Origin: Eledone cirrhosa
Lineage: Eukaryota
Direction: 5' to 3'
NCBI GenBank assembly: GCA_964016885.1
Contig: OZ024745.1
Location: forward strand, 89,280,001 to 89,344,000
Length of the DNA stretch: 64,000 nt
Below are positions 44,281-55,761 of this stretch, one piece after another (position 1 is the stretch's first letter; the number at the start of each line of letters is the position of its first letter). A program made the position numbers and the translations under genes. The notes beneath the pieces were generated by a model. That model did not search any database. It saw only the letters and a list, made by a program, of their open reading frames with translations, and was not told the DNA's origin.

Positions 44281-47200
44281 TAGTTGCTACATAGATTGCC
44301 ATTTATGTAGTTGCTACATAGATTGTTATAAATGTAGTTGCTACATAGATTGCCATAGATGTATTTGCTACATAGATTGCCATAGATGTAGCGGCTACAT
44401 TGTTTGTTATAGATGTAGTTGCTACATATATTGTTATAGATGTAGTTGCTACATAGTTTGTTATAGATGTAGTTGCTACACAGATCGCCATAAATGTAGT
44501 TGCTACATAGATTGCTATAGATGTAGTAGCTACATAGATTGCTATAGATATAGTTGCTACATATATTGCTATGGATGTAGTTGCTACATAGATTGTCATA
44601 GACGTAGTTGCTACATAGATTATTATAGATGTAGTTGCTACATAGATTGTTATAGATGTAGTTGCTACATAGATTGCCATAGATGTAGTTGCTACATAGA
44701 TTGCCATAGATGTAGTTGCTACAAAGATTGCCATAGAAGTAGTTGCTACATTGATTTTTATAGATGTAGTTGCTACATAGATTGCTATAGATGTATTTGC
44801 TACATAGATTGCCATAGATGGAGTTGCTACATAGATTGCCATAGATGTAGTTGCTACATAGATTGCCATATATGTAGTTGCTACAGAGATTGCCATAGAT
44901 GTAGTTGCTACATAGATTGTTATAGATGTAGTTGCTATGTAGATTGACATAGCTGGAGTTGCTACATATATTAACATAGATGTAGTTGCTACATAGATTG
45001 TTATAGGTGTAGTTGCTACATAGATTGCTATAGATGTATTTGCTACATAGATTGCCATAGATGGAGTTGCTACATAGATTACCATAGATGTAGTTGCTAC
45101 ATAGATTGCCATAGATATAGTTGCTACATAGATTGCCATAGATGTAGTTGCTACATAGATTGTTATAGATGTAGTTGCTACATAGATTGCTATATAAGTA
45201 GTTGCTACATAGATTGCTATAGATGTAGTTGCTACATAGATTGTTATAGATGTAGTTGCTACATAGATTGCTATATAAGTAGTTGCTACATAGATTGCTA
45301 TAGATGTAGATGCTACATAGATTGTTATAGATGTAGTTGCTACATAGATTGTTATAGATGTAGTTGCTACATAGATTGTTATAGACGTAGTTGCTACATA
45401 GATTGCCATAGATGTAGTTGCTACATAGATTGCCATAGATGTAATTGCTACATAGATTGCCATAGATGTAGTTGATACATAGATTGTTATAGATGTAGTT
45501 GCTACATAGATTGTTATAGATGTAGTTGCTACAAAGATTGCCATAGATGGAGTTGCTACATAGATTGCCATAGATGTAGTTGCTACCTAGATTGCCATAG
45601 ATGTAGTTGCTACATATATTGCCATAGATGTAGTTGCTACATAGATTGTTATAGATGTAGTTACTACATAGATTGCCATAGATGGAGTTGCTACGTAGAT
45701 TACCATAGATGTAGTTGCTACATAGATTGCCATAGATGTAGTTGCTACATAGATTGCCATAGATGTAGTTGCTACATAGATTGTTATAGATATAGTTGCT
45801 AAATAGATTGCTTTAGATGTAGTTGCTACATAGATTGTTATAGATGTATTTGCTACATAGATTGCCATAGATGTGGTTGCTACATAGATTGTTATAGATG
45901 TAGATGCTACATTGATTGTTATAGATGTAGTTGCTACATAGATTGTTATAGATGTAGATGCTACATAGATTGCCATAGATGTAGTTGCTACATAGATTGT
46001 TATATATGTAGTTGCTACATATATTGAAATGGACGTAGTTGCTACATAGATTGTTATAGATGTAGTTGCTACATAGATTGTTATAGATGTAGTTGCTACA
46101 TAGATTGCCATAGATGTAGTTGCGACATAGATTGTTATATATGTAGTTGCTACATAGATTGCTATAGATGTAGTTGCTACATAGATATTTATAGATTTAG
46201 TTGCTACATAGATTGCTATAGATGTAGTTGCTACATAGATTGCCATAGACGTAGTTGCTACATAGATCGTCATAGACGTAGTTGCTACATAGATTGTTAT
46301 AGATGTAGTTGCTACATAGATTGCCATTTATGTAGTTGCTACATAGATTGTTATAAATGTAGTTGCTACATAGATTGTTATAAATGTAGTTGCTACATAG
46401 ATTGCCATAGATGTATTTGCTACATAGATTGCCATAGATGTATCGGCTACATTGTTTGTTATAGATGTAGTTGCTACATATATTGTTATAGATGTAGTTG
46501 CTACATAGTTTGTTATAGATGTAGTTGCTACACAGATCGCCATAAATGTAGTTGCTACATAGATTGCTATAGATGTAGTAGCTACATAGATTGCTATAGA
46601 TATAGTTGCTACATATATTGCTATGGATGTAGTTGCTACATAGATTGTCATAGACGTAGTTGCTACATAGATTATTATAGATGTAGTTGCTACATAGATT
46701 GTTATAGATGTAGTTGCTACATAGATTGCCATAGATGTAGTTGCTACATAGATTGCCATAGATGTAGTTGCTACATAGATTGCCATAGATGTAGTTGCTA
46801 CATTGATTTGTATAGATGTAGTTGCTACATAGATTGCTATAGATGTATTTGCTACATAGATTGCCATAGATGGAGTTGCTACATAGATTGCCTTAGATGT
46901 AGTTGCTACATAGATTGCCATATATGTAGTTGCTACAGAGATTGCCATAGATGTAGTTGCTACATAGATTGTTATAGATGTAGTTGCTATGTAGATTGAT
47001 ATAGCTGGAGTTGCTACATAGATTAACATAGATGTAGTTGCTACATAGATTGTTATAGGTGTAGTTGCTACATAGATTGCTATAGATGTATTTGCTACAT
47101 AGATTGCCATAGATGGAGTTGCTACATAGATTACCATAGATGTAGTTGCTACATAGATTGCCATAGATATAGTTGCTACATAGATTGCCATAGATGTAGT

Positions 47201-50200
47201 TGCTACATAGATTGTTATAGATGTAGTTGCTACATAGATTGCTATATAAGTAGTTGCTACATAGATTGCTATAGATGTAGTTGCTACATAGATTGTTATA
47301 GATGTAGTTGCTACATAGGTTGCTATATAAGTAGTTGCTACATAGATTGCTATAGATGTAGATGCTACATAATTGTTATAGATGTAGTTGCTACATAGAT
47401 TGTTATAGATGTAGTTGCTACATAGATTGTTATAGACGTAGTTGCTACATAGATTGCCATAGATGTAGTTGCTACATAGATTGCCATAGATGTAATTGCT
47501 ACATAGATTGCCATAGATGTAGTTGATACATAGATTGTTATAGATGTAGTTGCTACATAGATTGTTATAGATGTAGTTGCTACAAAGATTGCCATAGATG
47601 TAGTTGCTACATAGATTGCCATTTATGTAGTTGCTACATAGATTGTTATAAATGTAGTTGCTACATAGATTGCCATAGATGTATTTGCTACATAGATTGC
47701 CATAGATGTAGCGGCTACATTGTTTGTTATAGATGTAGTTGCTACATATATTGTTATAGATGTAGTTGCTACATAGTTTGTTATAGATGTAGTTGCTACA
47801 CAGATCGCCATAAATGTAGTTGCTACATAGATTGCTATAGATGTAGTAGCTACATAGATTGCTATAGATATAGTTGCTACATATATTGCTATGGATGTAG
47901 TTGCTACATAGATTGTCATAGACGTAGTTGCTACATAGATTATTATAGATGTAGTTGCTACATAGATTGTTATAGATGTAGTTGCTACATAGATTGCCAT
48001 AGATGTAGTTGCTACATAGATTGCCATAGATGTAGTTGCTACATAGATTGCCATAGATGTAGTTGCTACATTGATTTGTATAGATGTAGTTGCTACATAG
48101 ATTGCTATAGATGTATTTGCTACATAGATTGCCATAGATGGAGTTGCTACATAGATTGCCATAGATGTAGTTGCTACATAGATTGCCATATATGTAGTTG
48201 CTACAGAGATTGCCATAGATGTAGTTGCTACATAGATTGTTATAGATGTAGTTGCTATGTAGATTGACATAGCTGGAGTTGCTACATAGATTAACATAGA
48301 TGTAGTTGCTACATAGATTGTTATAGGTGTAGTTGCTACATAGATTGCTATAGATGTATTTGCTACATAGATTGCCATAGATGGAGTTGCTACATAGATT
48401 ACCATAGATGTAGTTGCTACATAGATTGCCATAGATATAGTTGCTACATAGATTGCCATAGATGTAGTTGCTACATAGATTGTTATAGATGTAGTTGCTA
48501 CATAGATTGCTATATAAGTAGTTGCTACATAGATTGCTATAGATGTAGTTGCTACATAGATTGTTATAGATGTAGTTGCTACATAGATTGCTATATAAGT
48601 AGTTGCTACATAGATTGCTATAGATGTAGATGCTACATAGATTGTTATAGATGTAGTTGCTACATAGATTGTTATAGATGTAGTTGCTACATAGATTGTT
48701 ATAGACGTAGTTGCTACATAGATTGCCATAGATGTAGTTGCTACATAGATTGCCATAGATGTAATTGCTACATAGATTGCCATAGATGTAGTTGATACAT
48801 AGATTGTTATAGATGTAGTTGCTACATAGATTGTTATAGATGTAGTTGCTACAAAGATTGCCATAGATGTAGTTGCTACATAGATTGCCATTTATGTAGT
48901 TGCTACATAGATTGTTATAAATGTAGTTGCTACATAGATTGCCATAGATGTATTTGCTACATAGATTGCCCTAGATGTAGCGGCTACATTGTTTGTTATA
49001 GATGTAGTTGCTACATATATTGTTATAGATGTAGTTGCTACATAGTTTGTTATAGATGTAGTTGCTACACAGATCGCCATAAATGTAGTTGCTACATAGA
49101 TTGCTATAGATGTAGTAGCTACATAGATTGCTATAGATATAGTTGCAACATATATTGCTATGGATGTAGTTGCTACATAGATTGTTATAGACGTAGTTGC
49201 TACATAGATTGCCATAGATGTAGTTGCTACATAGATTGCCATAGATGTAATTGCTACATAGATTGCCATAGATGTAGTTGATACATAGATTGTTATATAA
49301 GTAGTTGCTACATAGATTGCTATAGATGTAGATGCTACATAGATTGTTATAGATGTAGTTGCTACATAGATTGTTATAGACGTAGTTGCTACATAGATTG
49401 CCATAGATGTAGTTGCTACATAGATTGCCATAGATGTAATTGCTACATAGATTGCCATAGATGTAGTTGATACATAGATTGTTATAGATGTAGTTGCTAC
49501 ATAGATTGTTATAGATGTAGTTGCTACAAAGATTGCCATAGATGGAGTTGCTACATAGATTGCCATAGATGTAGTTGCTACCTAGATTGCCATAGATGTA
49601 GTTGCTACATATATTGCCATAGATGTAGTTGCTACATAGATTGTTATAGATGTAGTTACTACATAGATTGCCATAGATGGAGTTGCTACGTAGATTACCA
49701 TAGATGTAGTTGCTACATAGATTGCCATAGATGTAGTTGCTACATAGATTGCCATAGATGTAGTTGCTACATAGATTGTTATAGATATAGTTGCTAAATA
49801 GATTGCTTTAGATGTAGTTGCTACATAGATTGTTATAGATGTATTTGCTACATAGATTGCCATAGATGTGGTTGCTACATAGATTGTTATAGATGTAGTT
49901 GCTACATTGATTGTTATAGATGTACTTGCTACATAGATTGTTATAGATGTAGATGCTACATAGATTGCCATAGATGTAGTTGCTACATAGATTGTTATAT
50001 ATGTAGTTGCTACATATATTGAAATGGACGTAGTTGCTACATAGATTGTTATAGATGTAGTTGCTACATAGATTGTTATAGATGTAGTTGCTACATAGAT
50101 TGCCATAGATGTAGTTGCTACATAGATTGTTATATATGTAGTTGCTACATAGATTGCTATAGATGTAGTTGCTACATAGATTGTTATAGATTTAGTTGCT

Positions 50201-52184
50201 ACATAGATTGCTATAGATGTAGTTGCTACATAGATTGCCATAGACGTAGTTGCTACATAGATCGTCATAGACGTAGTTGCTACATAGATTGTTATAGATG
50301 TAGTTGCTACATAGATTGCCATTTATGTAGTTGCTACATAGATTGTTATAAATGTAGTTGCTACATAGATTGCCATAGATGTATTTGCTACATAGATTGC
50401 CATAGATGTAGTTGCTACATAGATTGTTATAGATGTAGTTGCTACATAGATTGCTATATAAGTAGTTGCTACATAGATTGCCATAGATGGAGTTGCTACA
50501 TAGATTACCATAGATGTAGTTGCTACATAGATTGTTATAGGTGTAGTTGCTACATAGATTGCTATAGATGGAGTTGCTACATAGATTGTTATAGATGTAG
50601 TTGCTACATAGATTGCTATAGATGTAGTTGCTACATAGATTGTTATAGATGTATTTGCTACATAGATTGCCATAGATGGAATTGCTACATATATTGCTAT
50701 AGATGTAGTTGCTACATAGATTGTTATAGATGTAGTTGCTACATAGATTGTTATAGATGTAGTTGCTACATAGATTGTTATAGACGTAGTTGCTACATAG
50801 ATTGCCATAGATGTAGTTGCTACATAGATTGCCATAGATGTAATTGCTACATAGATTGCCATAGATGTAGTTGATACATAGATTGTTATAGATGTAGTTG
50901 CTACATAGATTGTTATAGATGTAGTTGCTACAAAGATTGCCATAGATGGAGTTGCTACATAGATTGCTATAGATGTAGTTGCTACATAGATTGCCATAGA
51001 TGTAGTTGCTACATATATTGCCATAGATGTAGTTGCTACATAGATTGCCATAGATGTAGTTGCTACATAGATTGTTATAGATGTAGTTGCTAAATAGATT
51101 GTTTTAGATGTAGTTGCTACATAGATTGTTATAGATGTATTTGCTACATAGATTACCATAGATGTGGTTGCTACATAGATTGTTATAGATGTAGTTGCTA
51201 CATTGATTGTTATAGATGTAGTTGCTACATAGATTGTTATAGATGTAGATGCTACATAGATTGCCATAGATGTAGTTGCTACATAGATTGTTATATATGT
51301 AGTTGCTACATATATTGAAATGGACGTAGTTGCTACATAGATTGTTATAGATGTTGTTGCTACATAGATTGTTATAGATGTAGTTGCTACATAGCTTGCC
51401 ATAGATGTAGTTGCTACATAGATTGTTATATATGTAGTTGCTACATAGATTGCTATAGATGTAGTTGCTACATAGATTGGTATAGATTTAGTTGCTACAT
51501 AGATTGCTATAGATGTAGTTGCTACATAGATTGCCATAGACGTAGTTGCTACATAGATCGTCATAGACGTAGTTGCTACATAGATTGTTATAGATGTAGT
51601 TGCTACATAGATTGTTATAGATGTAGTTGCTACATATATTGTTATAGATGCAGTTGCTACATATATTGCTATAGATGTAGTTGCTACATAGATTGTTATA
51701 GATGTAGTTGCTACATAGATTGCTATATATGTAGTTGCTACATAGATTGTTATAGATGGAGTTGCGACAGAAATGCTCGAATTTCTTTTCTGGTTCTGTT
51801 CTTGTTGTTTATTTCCTCTTCAGTAAATAAAGGCAACCTTGAGAGGAGGAATAAAGATTTTGATGGAACCATGTTTGAAGGAAATGTCTTTTATGTTCAT
51901 AGGGATATTCAAATCTACTTTTTGATAAAAAAAAATCTAATTGCTTTATATGATATTATATACATATATATCCATTTACATCAACAATACCGCCACACAA
52001 CAGTAGGATTTTAATTCTATATCCTTTTTCTTAATGAAAATGATAAATACATCTCAAGATTTTAATCAAAAAATCATTTCTCTTTCTCTCTCTAAATGTC
52101 TGTGTTACAATGTGAATAACCTTTTCCTTGATTGTTCTTTTTTTTTTTTTCTTTTCAGGTAGCCACAATTTTCAGTTCAGAGAA

Positions 52185-52187
<3 letters not shown>

Positions 52188-52241
<54 letters not shown>
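52188..52241. repeat. (TA)n microsatellite
   Basis: Pure TA run. Confidence 0.98.
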
Positions 52242-52244
<3 letters not shown>

Positions 52245-52330
52245 TCGATCGACTTTCGTGAAATGGGACCGAGGAAACAATGTTTCCGTTGGTTTTTCCA
52301 GTTGCTAGTCCTATCTATCGGTCGCAACTC

Positions 52331-52452
52331 CAGGTAGAAGGAGCAACGTGAAATAAAGTGTTTGCTCAAGGACGTAACGCATCGTCCAGTCCAGGAATCG
52401 AACTTGAAGCCCCACGATTGTGAATCCAATTCTCTTACCACTCAGCCACGCG
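52331..52452 (-). mobile_element. tRNA-derived SINE, family 1 (head plus central core, Meta/CORE-like)
   Basis: Minus strand reads cgcgTGGCTGAGTGGtaag (A box)...aGTTCGATTCCtgg (B box)...tccttgagcaaacactttatttcacgttgctcc, a core I recognise from mollusc SINEs. Confidence 0.8.
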
Positions 52453-52765
52453 TATGTGTGTGAGTAAGTGTGTTTGTGTTTGCAAGAATGTTTATATGAA
52501 CTAGCAGAAAAAAACCCTTCGGGTAGTTTTCTGCTATCATGTGTAGTGTGTATATTGATATTATACGCAGGGATATATACATGTAGATATGATACATAAA
52601 ATAACATTTTAATTGCCAATATACACAGAAATTTAACGAAGACTGCGTTACACTGTCTTATGTATTCAGTAACGTAATCCATGATTCATTAAAAAAGACG
52701 ATATTATATATAAACTGTATTAGGAGAAAATTAGTGACAGAAAATTAGTATGTTTATTTAAGCGA

Positions 52766-52855
52766 TCGCCACCGGAAGTGTTGACATCACACACTCTCTC
52801 TTTCTATATATATGGTAGTTGATTTGATGGTGGTGGCGACGATATAGCGGAAGTG
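52766..52855. promoter_or_regulatory. Possible promoter-like patch with two ETS-type motifs
   Basis: ACCGGAAGTG at 52771-52780 and GCGGAAGTG at 52847-52855 in a locally CpG-containing patch; no transcript evidence. Confidence 0.3.
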
Positions 52856-52965
52856 CAACTTTGAAATGAAGTCAATTTTAAATTATTTATTTTTACGAAA
52901 TTATTTTTGTTTACGAAATTTAGTAGATAAATTATGTAATATTCATTCATTATTTATTCAAAGTA

Positions 52966-53150
52966 TGGCGGTGGATTGGCAGTGTCGGTAGAGGGTCGGA
53001 CGCTATGCTTTCCAGCATAGTTACGTCCCTTTACGATCTGAGTTCAAATCCCGCCGAGGTTAACTTTGCCTTTCATCCTTACGGGGTCGATAAAATAAAG
53101 TACCAGTAATGCACTGTGTAATTGCTGGCCTTGTGCCTAAAGTAGAAACA
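52966..53150 (+). mobile_element. tRNA-derived SINE, family 2 (Nin/Deu-domain type), full length with 17-bp TSD
   Basis: A-box-like tggcagtgtcgg, B box gagttcaaatccc, and Nin-like core gcctttcatccttacggggtcgataaaataaagtaccag. TSD attatttattcaaagta at 52949-52965 and 53151-53167. Confidence 0.93.
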
Positions 53151-53377
53151 ATTATTTATTCAAAGTAATCCAACTTATTTTACTAACGGGGTAAAAAAAA
53201 ACGTACGCAGTCTCGCAGACCTTCCTCCTTCCTTTATTAGTTTAGATTTAAGGTCTGTTCCAACCACAGACACGCAGCAGAAGGGTGATTATCCCGGTTT
53301 TAACTGCGATTACAAAATCCACCCTTGTCAAAACACTGGTTCATCGTAGGGTTAACCTACAGCTTCTTCTGTTATTC

Positions 53378-53436
53378 CAGCTTAGTTGAATGTGGCAACA
53401 TGAAATTAAATGTTTTGTTCGAGAACATATCATGCC
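53378..53436 (-). mobile_element. Degenerate core fragment of SINE family 1
   Basis: gcaacatgaaattaaatgttttgttcgagaac aligns by eye with gcaacgtgaaataaagtgtttgctcaaggac at 52343-52373. Confidence 0.55.
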
Positions 53437-53440
53437 ATAA

Positions 53441-53531
53441 CACACACAAACACAGACCCATACACACTCTCTCTCTCTTACACAAACATAGACCCATACA
53501 CACTCTCTCTCTCTCTCTTACACAGACACAA

Positions 53532-53602
<71 letters not shown>
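53441..53602. repeat. Compound simple repeat: duplicated acacaaaca(c/t)agacccatacacac(tc)n unit, then (CA)n and (TA)n
   Basis: Directly visible. Confidence 0.93.
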
Positions 53603-53603
<1 letters not shown>

Positions 53604-53675
53604 TTTTAAACTTTGGGAGAGTCATGTTACCAATAAGAAACACACGCACCAGTTCCTTTCACTTCAATGTTTTCA

Positions 53676-53742
53676 TAAATTTTATAAATTTTATAAATTT
53701 TATAAATTTTATAAATTTTATAAATATAAATTTTATAAATTT
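53676..53742. repeat. 9-bp (tataaattt)n expansion inside the pseudo-LTR
   Basis: About 7 copies here versus 2-3 degenerate copies in the sister pLTRs at ~55130, ~55490 and ~55810. Confidence 0.9.
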
Positions 53743-54049
53743 CCGGTTGTTTGGTTGGTTCCACAACCGGATGGTTGTTTATATATTGTCAAAGTTATTC
53801 CGTCACACATTCTGTGACCTCTTCAGTCACTGGGGATTCTTTTCTTTGTTTTGTACTTCTCCTTTGTTCTGTCCTACGCCATCTTGTTTTTGTGTGTTGT
53901 GTGCATAGTTTGCGCATGTGTTACATCCGGGTACCTGAGTGTGTTTTTATTTGTTTATTTATTTGTTTATTTACATGTTGCTAGTTAGTAGTTTGTTCTA
54001 TGTGTGTGTGTTTTCATTTTGTCCTTAATTATAAGTTGTGATATTGCTA

Positions 54050-54950
54050 TTCCATTCATGTTTTATATTTAATTTTGCTTGGAGTTCATTTATGTGTATT
54101 GCCTCTGTGAATTTCCTAGCCTTGCGTCTTTTCTGTGTGTAGATTTTATTTTTATCTCTATGTTCTTTAATTTCCTCTTATGTTCTATTTTAGCATGTTG
54201 CTGGAGTATTGATGAGTCTTTTCTCGCAAGTGTTCATTTAATCATTCTCCTATGCTACGAGCTGTACACTATATTCTTATTTCTACATTGTCCCTCAGTA
54301 CATCTTATGCTATATACTATGTTTCTGATTTTACAGTTAATATGGGGGCTTAGCTTACATATTATGCATTTCTTATCTATACAGGGATGTCTTTGAAAAG
54401 GGTATGTATTACTAATTAGTGTTTTTATGAAGGTATCTGGTCTTTCTACTATCTTAATATTTAGTTTAAGTTTATCTAGGGCCCTTCTAAATTTGTAAGC
54501 TAGTTCACCTCTCGGGGTTGTATTGATGAACATTAAACTCTGGTATTTATTGCTATCATACCATGAGTTTATTCCTAGTTCCTTCTATTCTATTCCAAAA
54601 TTTGCTCCTATTCAAGAGGCAGGTCCCATTTGTATCATTATTTACCATTTTTCCCATTTGATTCTCGCTCCTCTATATACTCTGATTTTATCTCTTTGAT
54701 TGTAACCAGAGAACTGCATACGATGGATGAAGTGTTGTATGTGTCTCTCCAATTCTTTCGGGTTTTACATGCGGGACACGTTCCTCATCACGCTTACTAA
54801 ATCCGCAATCAGTATGTTGATTTTGGTGTGATCCGAAACAGCTGAGTTTCGGTGGATCAGATATTTGGAAGTCATGGGTTTGGCATAATGGGAATGGAGG
54901 ATTTTCTTTTGTTATTAATGGTTTCTAACCAGAGCTCTGTGTCTAGTACA
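54050..54950 (-). pseudogene. Disrupted PLE polyprotein: RT thumb plus GIY-YIG endonuclease
   Basis: Manual translation gives VLDTELW...HSHYAKPMTSKYLIHRNSA...NILIADLVSVMRNVSRM*...HRMQFSGY. The ORF at 54255-54533 gives INTTPRGEL...IKIVERP...CIDKKCIIC...CKIRNIVYSIRC. Stops and frameshifts are present. Confidence 0.82.
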
Positions 54951-55370
54951 CAGACACCCGGATGTAACACATGCGCAAACTAAGCACACAACACACACAA
55001 AAACAAGATGGCGTAGGACAGAACAAAGGAGAGGTACAAAACAAAGAAAAGAATCCCCAATCACTGAAGAGGTCACGTTGACAATATATAAACAACCATC
55101 CATTTGTGGAACCAACCAACCAACCGGAAATTTATAAAATTTATAATAAATTGAAGTGAAAGGAACTGGTGCGTGTGTTTCTTATTGGCAACATGATCCT
55201 CCCAAAGTATAACAATATCGGTTTCAACACGTGTTTTCAGATAAAGAATCTTGCTAAACAAATTCAGAAATGAAATATATATATATATATATAAACATAT
55301 ATTATATAAACTTTCGGATATAGCTGTCGAAACGGCCGCAGCTCAGCCGTCGGGGTCCTGAATCGTTTCA

Positions 55371-55415
<45 letters not shown>

Positions 55416-55562
55416 ATACTTTGGGAGGGTCATGTTGCCAATAAGAAACACACGCACCATTTGCTTTCACTTCAATTTAATTTATTATATATTTATAAAT
55501 TTACAAATTTATAAATTTCTGGTTGGTTGGTTGGTTCCACAACCAGATAGTTGTTTATATAT

Positions 55563-55607
55563 AGTCATAGTTCTTTCGTCACACACTCTGTGACCTCTTC
55601 AGTGACT
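55563..55607 (-). ncRNA. Minimal type I hammerhead ribozyme (left palindrome arm)
   Basis: Exact reverse complement of 55717-55761. Confidence 0.65.
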
Positions 55608-55716
55608 GGGGATTTCTTTCTTCGTTTCTGTGCCTTTCCTTTCTTCTATCCTACGCCAGAAAAAATGGCGTAGGATAGAAGAAAGGAAAGGCACAGAAAC
55701 GAAGAAAGAAATCCCC

Positions 55717-55761
55717 AGTCACTGAAGAGGTCACAGAGTGTGTGACGAAAGAACTATGACT
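55717..55761 (+). ncRNA. Minimal type I hammerhead ribozyme (right palindrome arm)
   Basis: agtca-CTGAAGA-g-gtcaca(gagtg)tgtgac-GAAA-gaac-TA-tgact. Stem I agtca/tgact and a 6-bp stem II. Stem III is very short and would need dimer folding. Confidence 0.65.

Larger units (their letters stand above)
1..51776. repeat. 27-bp tandem satellite/minisatellite array (~1,900 units; continues beyond the left window edge)
   Basis: Consensus atagatgtagttgctacatagattg(tt/ct/cc) repeats head-to-tail throughout. It ends in a degenerate unit (gatggagttgcgacagaaatgc) at ~51756-51776. The 9-aa periodic ORFs reflect the 27-bp period. Confidence 0.99.
53607..55275 (-). mobile_element. 5'-truncated Penelope-like element flanked by inverted pseudo-LTR copies
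   Basis: Minus-strand RT C-terminus/thumb and GIY-YIG remnants between ~54050 and 54950. Segment 53607-53935 is an inverted repeat of ~54955-55208, and both arms contain decayed HHR cores (ctgaagaggtcac). Confidence 0.85.

Noticed and set aside
33299-44947. Cys-rich plus-strand ORFs as keratin-associated or metallothionein-like proteins
   Set aside because: Same repeat in another frame. Starts come from sporadic variants (acatggat), and stop variants (gttagag, gctagat, gctaaat, gttgata) recur freely.
152-51564. Dozens of MAIYVATTS-repeat ORFs as real genes (mucin/adhesin-like)
   Set aside because: They follow automatically from a stop-free 27-bp unit. There is no signal peptide or unique domain, the frame is closed by TGA about 14 codons outside the array with no ATG, and frameshift units are amplified along with the HORs.
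1-51776. CRISPR array (27-bp repeats with an internal hairpin)
   Set aside because: Units are contiguous with no unique spacers, there are no cas genes, and the context is eukaryotic.
1-51776. Selection on the monomer hairpin as a structured RNA
   Set aside because: Common stem variants (gtattt, ggagtt, acgtag, gctacgt) appear without compensatory partners in the same unit; I saw no covariation by eye.
52128-52190. Strong plus-strand splice acceptor (T-run + cag at 52156-52158)
   Set aside because: It runs into a (TA)n tract with no donor or credible exon.
52380-53055. tRNA genes at the A/B-box motifs
   Set aside because: No complete cloverleaf; the boxes continue into SINE core sequence, and family 2 has TSDs.
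55218-55245. Minus-strand ctgaaaacacgtgttgaaaccga as another HHR
   Set aside because: The core lacks the essential G8 (CUGAAAA), stem I does not pair, and the sister copy at ~55921-55945 differs.
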